Assembly (NCBI RefSeq): GCF_004010195.1
Contig: NC_057718.1
Span: 5,657,807-5,721,806, forward strand
DNA: 64,000 bases
From: Chiloscyllium plagiosum
Taxonomy: Eukaryota
Direction of reading: 5' to 3'
The position numbers and the translations under genes are program-made. Positions 48,811-59,358 of the stretch are shown piece after piece. The first letter of the stretch is position 1. Every line of letters starts with the position of its first letter. A model generated the notes under the pieces. It was not told where the DNA came from and searched no databases. It saw only the letters and a program-made list of their open reading frames with translations.

Positions 48811-51800
48811 GCTTCTAGTTCTGTATCACTAACTGACTTTGGGGGTCACAGACCAATACAAACAGAACAGAGGAAATCATTTTCACAGGACACGAAGTAA
48901 ACAAAACAGCTAGAAACCCAATGGAAAATGCTGCAAGCAGACAGCTGGAGTAAAAGGGTAGATTATCCTTTGGGAATGGAAGACCTTTAGTCAATTCACT
49001 CACACTGAAACATTGACCTGTTCTTATTGTTCCTTGAAGCTGGATCTCCTTCAGCTGTTACTGAAATCCTAAGTAGAACACTCATCACAATTCTGTGTGA
49101 ATCAAAATTATTTTCCACCTCTTCCTTTCTCTAAAAACAAAACATATCCCTGCACAGGAACTCTGGTGTGTCTTATTTTTAAATCTCCTTTAGCAGCTTC
49201 TGGGGTTATTTGAATCTTGAACATCTTGTCTCACATAAATCTTCTCTTATAAAGTATTGGGTTATAACCCAATATTTTTATCGACAATCCAAACATTTTT
49301 AATTTAAATGTATTTACCAATAAATGAAATATATAGTATATTTAAAATAAAAATTTATAATTATGATCTTGACAGATATTTATTTTTGATTTATTAGTGA
49401 AAATCCTCAGTAACCTTCAAAAGGATTGGTACAAGGGCTTAGGTTGGGATGACCTCTTGAGGTCCGAGGTGATTTGGAGGAGAAAGGGACAGGTCACAGT
49501 TGATTGGCAACTTCTCAAATTTTAATTTAAGGCCCCCACAGTGCTTTGTTGGATTTGTTTCCTCTGAAGCTTGTTTATTGGGTTACACCTGCTGAACGTC
49601 CTGATGTCGATATTGCCAATGAAAGTGAGGTGGGTAAAGCAAAGGTAGTTGGAGAGGGGGAGGGGATGGCAATAAGCCCTCCTTTATTTAAAGGACAGCG
49701 CAGTCTCATTTTGCATGCTCTCTAAAAAAAAAATTGTCACTTTTGTACAACAGGGGCTGTGTAAACCTATATAGTAGCAACTTCTGAGAGAGTGAGACTG
49801 AAAGTGTCAAAGTCCATGCCAGTCCAAAGCTTTATGAAAATGTGCAATGTTGGTGAAAAGTAACAGAGAATATTCATTATTTAAAACAAATAATTGCTTT
49901 TAAAAAAATGGGAAATAGGAAATTATGCAAGACAAGATGGAAGAATTTCCCAAAGTCATTTGAGCTGTCATAAACATCTGCACAGTTTAAAAATACAAAA
50001 TGCTTTTTCTTTCTCCAAGGAATTGGTAGGGTATAATTTCACATTAACTAAAAGAATTAATTAAAAAAGGAAGATAACATTGTGCCATTTCTGCTTGCTG
50101 TGGCATTCCTGAAGAGGGATGTAGGTCTCAGCATCCAATTTATTACCGTTAGGCTCTGAAAGAGGAAGATAAGATGCAGGATCAGTACTGGCAATAATGG
50201 TTTGTTAAAGAGGAAAGTATCACTCATGGTCACTACTGACACTATTGAATTCATAAATAAATCAGAGTCTGACGAACAAGGAGTAATCTGGAAACAGAGA
50301 GTCCAGGAATGAGGTGTAATCCAGAAATAGAGCATCAGGGGCAAGGGGAATAAATAAGAATTAGAAACTCTGGGAATGAGATGTAAACCAGGGCAAAATC
50401 CAGGTCTGGATGAGTTGAGGAGAATGGTGGTCCCAATCCCACAATGAGCTCTCATTACGCTAGCAGTGCAAGGCTTTGGCGATTCTAATGCTGGGAGCTC
50501 ACAGTATGCTAGGCCCCAGCAAATGAAATCACCAACCATGGGGAAAAGGGGCTGAGAAAAATCTCTGTTCAATAATACCTGACAGAAGGAGAGGGGCAAC
50601 TAATATCTCCCCTGATCATATGGAGATCATGGAAATGTGACAATAAATGGAATCAACCAGGCAAGGTGCTTGCAAGCAACTTCTTAACTCCCAATCTGCT
50701 AATGAGGAAAACTGAAATACTGTATAAGAAAACTGGTAGGTGGTTTGATGGGATGAAGTTGACTCTGGGAATCTTTAGCTGAAACAATTCTGTCTTTATT
50801 TTTGTGTAAATAGGAATTCACTGAGATTTCTTTGATCTTTCACAAAATTGTTTGCCACTGCCTTGTTTTGCCTACATTTAACCTGAGCATCTTTCTGCCC
50901 TGTCTCTGTTAGATCTGCTTTTTTGAACAGAAACATACACACTTTAATTAGAAATACTAACTCTTGTATATATTTAAATTGTAAATGTAATATATATAGG
51001 GATAAAAACCTAAAATCAGTTTGTGTCACTGAATTCACTTTACGAGAATAAGGTAGCATGCCACTTTTTGTAGTATTTTTTCTAACTCCTCAAAGGAATT
51101 CAGGAAACACAATGTTAAAAGGGCTATTTCTCATTTCCCTATGCAAAAATGTGTGGCTGTGGTGATACCTGATGATGTACACTTTAAGGAGCCGTACAGA
51201 CACTATTAAAGAAATGTTTAGAGTTTACACAAAGGGGCTGATGACTCAGATCTCTCAAGGTTAATACTGTATTTCTGCTGTTGTGATTGTGAGATTTAGA
51301 AGTAATGATTTTCATACACCATGTTATATATATATATATATATATAGGAGAGAACATTAAAAATATGTTTGAATGAAATCTTCATTAAAATATTATTGTG
51401 TTTTAAAGGGGAAAAATTATTGACCTCCTTGTAGAAAACGTGACTGACAATTTGTTAAATGCTGATCTCTGCTCCTATTTAAAGAACTTGACATGTTTCA
51501 AAGAGGTGGCAAGTTGAAAATGATTAAAGTTGCTGGTGGATGTGATGGAAATGAGGTGAGGTGTGTGAAGAGGCGGGAAGAGGTAGTTTAGTTCATAAAT
51601 TCAGGGTTGTCTCCGATGAGGGATGTTCAAGGTACTTTGGCTGTTCTTTGTAAAATGAGGTTTCCTATCTCAAGATGTGGATTTAGGGAGTGAACCCTCA
51701 ATTTCTCCTTTCCATCCTCTCTGTTCCAGTTCAGACACTAATTGCCTTATTCTTCTTGGGTCTGCTGATTGCTAGCTCCCAATGATTACGGGGTGGGCTT

Positions 51801-52474
51801 TTTCTGTCTGACTTTCCTTTGCCCACATATTTCCTGCAGAACCTCTACCTCCACCCTTTTCCTTCATGTAGGAGGAATCCTTGAATCCTAGCTGCCTATG
51901 TTTGAATATAAATAGCTGATTGAGATAAAACGAGAATACTGACTGAATCCAGAGCTTGGGTCAAAAAGCCTGTGAGTTATTGGAGGCAGTTAGTGTGAAG
52001 GAGAGTGTCTATAGGTCTGAGGTCTTGGCTAAATAGGTCAAAGAGAAAGCTGTCAAAACCTCTACACAATGGGGCCACAAGAAGGTCTTTAATGTAAGAA
52101 TATATGGCTGGGAAAGATTTGTTGCCAAAACATTTGATCTTGCACTCATCATGACTTATCACAAGAATATCAAATTGCAAAGCAGTCCTCAATTTCTGCA
52201 GCATAAGGAAAGGTGGCTATTTGGTTAGGATGTAAATTAGTGTCGAGAGTGTAGTGCTGGAAAAGCACAGCAGGTCAGGCAGCATCTGAGGAGCAGTAGT
52301 GTCGACGTTTCAGGCATAATCCCTTCATCAGGAATCCTAGGAAGTAATTTAGCAAGGGCTGGAGAATGGGATTAGCCAGGTAGCTCTTTTGGGAGCCGGT
52401 ACAGACATGATGGGTCAAATGGCCGCCTTCTGTAGTATGAAATTTTATGATTCTACAAACTCTGATTTGTCAAA

Positions 52475-52995
52475 ATTACACTGTACATCTTAGTGACCAG
52501 ATGGTACATTTTACTGTAACCACATGGTACATTGTACAGTTCCTACACATTACCATAACCACGTGGTATATCTTACAGTGCCCACATTATACACTTCATT
52601 GTACCTACATCGTAATCATTGCATATCCACATGGTATACCTTATTGTACCCATACAGTCCTTTTTACTGTGCTGTCATGGTGCACATTATTTTACCCAAT
52701 GGTACGCTTTACATATTACATTGTACAGTGCCCTCATAGTACATTTTACTGTGACCACATGATATATTATACATTGTGCCTCCATTACACATTTCCATAA
52801 ACACATGGTAGATCTTACAGTGCATACACAGTACAGCTTACTATTGCTACAAAGTATATTTTACCCACAAGGTACACTTTACTGTACCTATTTAGGAGAT
52901 CTTAGAATCCCACATGGTACACCCTACACTATCACATGCTACAGTTTTCCTTATTCTGGTACATTTTGATGTCCACATAGTACACTTTACTGAGG
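52475..52995. repeat. Degenerate ~20-bp minisatellite (ccacatggtacattttactgt-like)
   Basis: Recurrent cacatggtac/atggtacattttactgt/cttacagtg units. Confidence 0.75.
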
Positions 52996-53207
52996 GTATG
53001 TAGAGGGTTGTATTGGCTGTGAAGCATGTGACTGAGAAGATTGGGAAGCCCCATTGATTAAATTTCCAAGAGACAGGACACATTTGTAAGGACATTAGGA
53101 CACCACTCCGTAATCTAGGATTGCTGTCACTGTTTGCAGATCATGAAGTTAGTATTGGGGATGGAAGCTCAATATAAATTATTTATTCTGTGATAGAACA
53201 CAAAAAG

Positions 53208-53672
53208 GAGAAAGTGAGGACTGCAGATGCTGGAGATCAGAGCTGAAAATGTGCTGCTGGAAAAGCGCAGCAGGTCAGGCAGCATCCAAGGAGCAGGAGA
53301 ATCGACATTTCGGGCATGAGCCCTTCTTCAGGAATGAGGAAGGTGTGCCAAGCAGGCTAAGATAAAAGGTAAGGAGGAGGGACTTGGGGGAGGGGCGTTC
53401 CCTCAAACTCAGCACCGCCTTCCTAACCTGCAATCTTCTTCCTGACCGCTCTGCCCCCATCCCCACTCCGGTCTATCATCCTCACCTTTACCTCCTTCCA
53501 CCTATCGCATTTCCAATGCCCCTCCCCCAAGTCCCTCCTCCCTACCTTTTATCTTAGCCTGCTTGGCACACCTTCCTCATTCCTGAAGAAGGGCTCATGC
53601 CCGATTAGTCGATTCTCCTGCTCCTTGGATGCTGCCTGACCTGCTGCGCCTTTCCAGCAACACATTTTCAGC
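53208..53672. mobile_element. Fold-back Penelope-derived element with ~155-bp near-perfect inverted arms
   Basis: 53242-53396 is nearly the reverse complement of 53518-53672; direct repeat atagaacacaaaaag at 53193-53207 and 53673-53687. Confidence 0.9.
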
Positions 53673-55533
53673 ATAGAACACAAAAAGCCCTACAAATGAC
53701 ACATCTGATTAATTCAATCTCCCGATCTGTCCTTACCTCTTTCTGCCATCTTGGGTCTTCCTTTACAAAGAGCAGGACCCTAAGAAAAACCCTGAAAACA
53801 AGATTTGAAAGTAGACAGGCTATCAGTCCAGAACAGGGTAGATTGGGTACATCCATGAGCAGGATGTATCCATGTTGCCTTGAAATTGTCCTGCTCTTTT
53901 GACCACAATTACATTAAATGATGGAGCAGGCTTGAAGGATCAAATTGCCTCCTCCTATAGCTATAGCTATACTTAAACTGGGTAATTTGCCATTGTGTTG
54001 CAGTGGACATGGCCTCAGTGAGATAAATTTTCTTCCTTCCTCCTTTTCCATTGGTACTTGATTAAGTGGTGTTAGGGTGGGGTTGCAGGGGTGCAGAGAC
54101 CCTGATTTTCTCAAGATGCCACCATATTTACAGAAAATTGATTGTCAAAAATCTTTAATTTCCAAAGAGCAGCGGTTGATCAGCGGGTCTAAATTTCTAC
54201 TTGACCAAATGTCATTGCTTCACCTCTACACACCAAGGAGGGAGAAAGGTTTTGCAAGACAACCTTTCTTTGAAAGATTGCAGGTCCCTTCAAGAGAAAG
54301 CTAAAGTAAGATTAACTTGGTGTAACAGAGGCTGTAGTCAGTTGTTGGGAATTACACCCTTGCCTCAGTTCCTTCATGATCCTAACTAAAACGTCACCTC
54401 TTTCAAAGGCCATTACAGACACAGTGAGCCAAATGGACCCCTCCTCTGTGTACTGTGATTATGGGATAACATTGAAAAGTTTGAGCTGATTTTAAATGAA
54501 GTATACTCTGATGGAATGATGTAATTTCTAATGCCAATTTCATTGAAAACTGATGATGCAAATACTTGCTATGAGAACAAATCATGAGCTTTTCAAGTCA
54601 GTTTCATACTTTTTTAAGAATAAAGTATATATCTCTAAGTGCTAACTTTGACACTTAAAATTTGCATTCCTGGGCAATTAAAAACCTATTTGTAAATAGG
54701 TTGAAATTATTTCATTGTTGTCAAAATTATATTCACATTTATAATCAATATAGAAACAATGCAATGGATATTTTCTTTTTGCCTGCTGATACTTCAGGTA
54801 CAACAAGGCTGTCTCTTAATGTATGACCTTTGCCAATTTTTGATGTATCATTAAGCATTATGTAAATAAATTGCTTGTTGGAACAAAAAAACTTGCCTCT
54901 TGGTAATTGAGCTATCATATTTAGAAGAGCTCACATTAATTAATTTTTTTAAAACATCACTTCTTACACTAATGTCCAGCAGCAACTGTTTGTATTAGCT
55001 GCAAAATGCACTGCAGAGATTGTTCAATGATCCTTAGACAACACCTTCCAAATAAACAACCACTTCCATCTAAAAGGGCAGGGCAGTAAATACCTGGGAA
55101 CATCACCATCCATGAATTCCCCTCCAATCCACTCAACACCCTGAATTGGAAATATATTTCTTCAGTGTTGCTGGGTTAACATCCGGAAATTCTGTTCCCT
55201 GTCCCCACCTACAGCACATGGACTGCAGTGGTTCAAGAAGGCAGCTCACTACCACCTTCTCAAGGACAACTAGAGACAGGCAACAAATGCTGGCCCAGTG
55301 ATGCCCATGTCCCACCAGTGAATAGAAAACAAACAAATCTCCAAACATTGTCAATAAATGTATTACAATGCAGGAGGTGAAGGGGTTTTACCTGGGGCGT
55401 TGATTTTCCTGCTCCTCGGATGCTGCCTGACCTGTTGTGCTTTTCCAGCACCACACTCTCAACTCTAATTTCCAGCATCTGCAGTACTCACTTTCGCCAG
55501 GCTTTTTAGCCCATCAGCTGTGTAGATCAATCT

Positions 55534-56750
55534 GGCGGAAGTGATGACTGCAGATGCTGGAGATCAAGTCAAGATTAGAGTGGCGCTGGAAAAGCACAGC
55601 ATGTCAGGCAGCATCTGAGGAGCAGGAAAATCGATGTTTTGGGCAGTAGCCCTTCATCAGGAATGAGGCTGGGAGCCTCCGGGGTGGAGAGAGAAATGGG
55701 AGGCAGGTGAGGCTGGGGAGCAGGTAGCAAAGAGTGCAATAAGGTGGATGCAGATGGAGATAAAGGTGATAGGCCGGGGAGGAGGGTGGAGCAGATAGGT
55801 GGGAAGGAAGATTGGCAGGTAGGATCGGTCATGACGATGGTGCTGAGCTGGAAGGGTGGAACTCGGGTGAGGTGGGGGGAGGGGAAATGAGGAAACTGGT
55901 GAAGTCCACATTGATGCCCTGGGGTTGAAGTGTTCCGAGGTGGAAGATGGGACATTCTTCCTCCAGGCATCGGGTGGTGAGGGAGTGGCGATGGAGGAGG
56001 CCCAAGGCCTGCATGTCTTCGGCAGAATGGGAGGGGGAGTTGAAATGATCAGCCACAGGGCGGTGGGGTTGATTGTTGCGGGTGTCCCGGAGATGTTCCC
56101 TCATGCGCTCTGCGAGAAGGTGTCCAGCCTCCGCAGTTTAAAGGAGACTGCATCGGGAGCAACGGAAACAATAAATGATATTCGTGGATGTGCAGGTAAA
56201 ACTTTGATGGATGTGGAAGGCTCCTTTGGGGCCTTGGATGGAGGTGAGGGGTTGCAGAAAGCAGATAGGGTTGGGGAGGGAAACATATCCCTGGTGGTGG
56301 GGTCCGTTTGTAGGTGACAGATGGAATGCATCTTCAACCACGTGGGAAGGGAAATTGCGGTCTTTAAGGAAGGAGGCCATCTGGTGTGATCTGTGGTGGA
56401 ACTGGTCCTCTTGGGAGCAGATACGGCGGAAGCAGGGGAATTGGGAATATGGGATGGCATTTTTGCTGGAGGTAGGGTGGAAAGAGGCGTAATCCAGGTA
56501 GCTGTGTGAGTCGGTGGGTTTGGAAAAAATGTGAGTGTTGAGTTAGTCATCGTTGATGGAGATGGAGAGGTCCAGGAAGGGGAGGAAGGTGTCAGAGATG
56601 GTCCAGGTGAATTTAAAGTCGGGGTGGAGTGTGTTGGTGAAGTTGATGAATTGCTCAATCTCCTCGCGGGAGCACGAGGTGACACCCATGTAGCAGAGGA
56701 AGAGGTGGGGAGTGGTAACGGTGTAACTACGGAAAATGGACTGTTCAATC
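55534..56750 (-). mobile_element. 5'-truncated Penelope-like retroelement (RT C-terminus, GIY-YIG endonuclease, terminal repeat)
   Basis: Minus strand HPDFKFTW...LPFLDL...KPTDSHSYL (PLE RT), FTCTSTNIIYCFRCSRC and REHLRDTRNNQPHRPVADHFNSPSHS...LGTLQPQGIN; direct repeat tagatcaatct at 55523-55533 and 56751-56761. Frameshifted. Confidence 0.92.
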
Positions 56751-57904
56751 TAGATCAATCTACCTATTTATCTTTCCGAATCTGTAGCCCTTAAAAGTTT
56801 AGTTTTCTCAAGCATCCATCAAATATCCTTTTGGTTCTGAGTACCTAGTTCCAACTGCTTTGATTTCAACTGCCCCTGCAACTTCACAAGCATGGCGCCA
56901 CAGACCGGCGAGTTGCATTTATTAACCCTTGCCTCAGCTGCAGAAGCATTCGTTTTCAAATCCAACCTGATGCATGTATTGGTTTCAAATTCACTTAAGG
57001 ATCCCAGTCTTGGAACAGTTGAATGATGAGGCTCGCTACTCATTAATCACAAATTCCCCAAACACCACAACGGGTCTCGTCCCCACCCTGGCGGACAGAC
57101 TGAGAGATTGTTCAAACTTTATTCTCAAAGGAACTCTTCGAAAGTACCAGAACAGCTCTGCCCCTCAACAAGGCGACAGCACTTCTGTGCTTCCGTGTCT
57201 CTTGTACTGGGGCTCCCGCTTAAATTCTAGCCAATGTTTTTTTTTTAAATCCGTCCCATTTAGAGATCTTCCCCCTTCTCCTTAATATTTTGATATATAG
57301 CTTGTCGCTTACTATCTTTGAACAAATCAGTTGATAGACTTTTTAAAAAGACAAAAAACTGCGGATGCTTGGAATCAGAAACAAATGCAGAAATTACTGG
57401 AGGAATTCGGAAGTCCGACAAAATCTGTAGACAGAAAGCAGATTGAACGTTTCGATCCCAATGACTTATGTAGAAGACCCGTCTAGTTGATTGCATTGAG
57501 TGCTCACTGAAAAAGTAAACAGCAGAACTCTCGATATTCAACCTCTACTCAAAAGCTTTTTCCAGCATTTGTTCTTGATCAGTGCTGATTCTTAATTTTA
57601 ATAGCAGGCATTGCCACACACTGTTAGAAAGAACATCAAGGTTTTACACGGTAACTAAGAAACCAGCATTTCTCAATGTGCATTAATGCCAGAAAACAAG
57701 TCACGTGCCGATGACGTTTGGGTCGCGTGTTCTGTGTCACGTCTCATGAACCAATCAATGGCGGCAGCAGTTACCAGTCCACACTTTTTTGAGAATTTCA
57801 ATATTTCTGCTTTTATTTCCAGCTGCTTTGTTGTCACATTTCCCCACTGGCACTCAATAAAAGCTGACTTAAGCAATCTTTAATAAAACATTAGGACTCC
57901 ATCA

Positions 57905-58125
57905 TAAAATCAAAGCCAAATTCTGCGATTTCTGGAAATCTGAAATACAAATAGAGACAATGCTGGAGAAACTCCGCAGGTCTGGCAGCATCAGTGCAGC
58001 GAGAGACAAGTGTGAAAGTTTCGAGATCGAACTAATTTTCTTCGGAGACGCATCTTTTTTCCGAATCAGATTATATCGGACTCGAAACCATGACTTTTGT
58101 TTCTTTCTCCATAGATAGTTCATCA
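57905..58125. mobile_element. Old fold-back Penelope-derived element abutting the MTRF1L promoter
   Basis: tgctggagaaactccgcaggtctggcagcatc...tttcgag / ggactcgaaac...tttctttctccatagat, the same family as 23685-23910 and 36540-36700. Confidence 0.6.
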
Positions 58126-58320
58126 AGCACTTCCGGCTTTGGTAAATCTTTAATTACTCAATGACTTCCGCACGCCTGCTTCGGTAGATTACATCACAAG
58201 TGATAAAATAATATATTTCTAAGCCTGTCATCGTAAACAAATTCGTACAGGCCGGTAATAAAATATAACCTGCAGCAATTATTCCGGTTTGTTTAAGCCT
58301 GTTGGAAGCCGGAAATAGTT
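58050..58320 (+). promoter_or_regulatory. CpG-rich TATA-less housekeeping-type promoter of MTRF1L
   Basis: Local CpG enrichment against a depleted background; several ETS/GABP-type motifs (cacttccgg ~58128, acttccg ~58164, ttccgg ~58282, ccggaa ~58309) and a YY1-like catggcggc at ~58327. Confidence 0.6.
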
Positions 58321-58406
58321 TGTGAGCATGGCGGCGGGAGTGCCCAGCATGCACCGCGGTTATGAAAGTGGTCTATACCCTGAGTAGGAAGCAGCCGGCC
58401 CAGGAG
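58300..58406 (+). other. MTRF1L: Probable non-coding first exon (5'UTR) of MTRF1L; start approximate
   Basis: GC-rich segment after the ETS motifs ending in a strong donor GGAG|gtaggt (GT at 58407); the next good acceptor precedes 61102. Confidence 0.5.
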
Positions 58407-59055
58407 GTAGGTGCTGCCTGGGAGAGGCCGGGCACCTCTGCATTGAGCTAGTGACTCCAATGCAGGACACTGCATGCCCTACCATTGTGTAAGGAGGTGG
58501 ACCATGTGCATTTGTGTATTCCCCAGCGCAGACTTTTTTCTCCGGCCCGCAGAGTAGTTATTGTTTGCCCTCTTGAGTCAGATGGCCCTAAGTTCAAATC
58601 CAGGATCCTGTGCAGTCCTGAGCGAGTGCTGCATTTTGGATGTAGTGCCAAACTGGAGCCCACTTGAGTGGTGGAATTGGAGGATACTACAGCACCATTT
58701 TATTTTCACTCGTGAAACCTGGGCACTGCTGGATGAGTCAGCATTTATTTCCTGTGCCCAGTTGCTCTTGGAGAAGGTGGTGGTGAGCTGCCTTCTTGAA
58801 TTGCTCCAGTCCATGTGCTGTGGACAATGCCCCTTGGGGAGGGAAATCCAGGATTTTGACCCAACGACAGGCCTGGAGAGGCCAAACTATGTCAAGATTA
58901 GAGTGGTGCTGGAAAAGCACATTAGGTCAGGCAGCATCCGAGGAGTAGATGTGTTTTCCCAGCACACCACCCTAATCTTGACTCTGATCTCCAGTATCTG
59001 CAGTCCTCACTTTCACCTGTCCAGGCCAGGCCCATGGCTGGGCACGTAACAAGAA

Positions 59056-59358
59056 GCACGGTGGCCCAGTGGTTAGCACTGCTGCCTCACAGCGCCAGAG
59101 ACCCGGGTTCAATTCCCGCCTCGGGGGACTGACTGTGTGGAGTTTTCACGTTCTCCCCGTGTCTGCGTGGGTTTCCTCCGGGTGCTCCAGTTTCCTCCCA
59201 CAATCCAAAGATGTGCAGGTCAGGTGAATTGGCCATGCTAAATTGCCCATAGTGTTAGGTAAGGGGTAAATGGAGGGGTATGGGTGGGTTGCGCTTCGGC
59301 GGGTCGGTGTGGACTTGTTGGGCCGAAGGGCCTGTTTCTACACTGTAATCTAATCTAA
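59056..59358 (+). mobile_element. Full-length HE1/V-SINE-like SINE in MTRF1L intron 1
   Basis: tRNA-like A/B boxes, V-domain, CR1-derived tail gggccgaagggcctgtttctacactgtaatctaatctaa; CpGs mostly retained. Confidence 0.92.

Larger units (their letters stand above)
44268..54890 (+). other. RGS17: Putative RGS17 3'UTR (length uncertain)
   Basis: Comparatively repeat-poor AU-rich stretch after the stop. Candidate polyA signals AATAAA at 44823, 54619 and 54865 and ATTAAA at ~51384; the true end cannot be determined from sequence. Confidence 0.35.

Noticed and set aside
50057..50599. 180-aa antisense ORF
   Set aside because: Non-ATG start and no recognisable motif.
58328..58406. ATG 58328 as the MTRF1L start codon
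   Set aside because: In-frame TAG at 58385 precedes the donor, and the coding exon has its own upstream in-frame stop at 61153.
59056..59130. tRNA gene
   Set aside because: It is the tRNA-derived head of a SINE, followed by the V-domain and a CR1-like tail.
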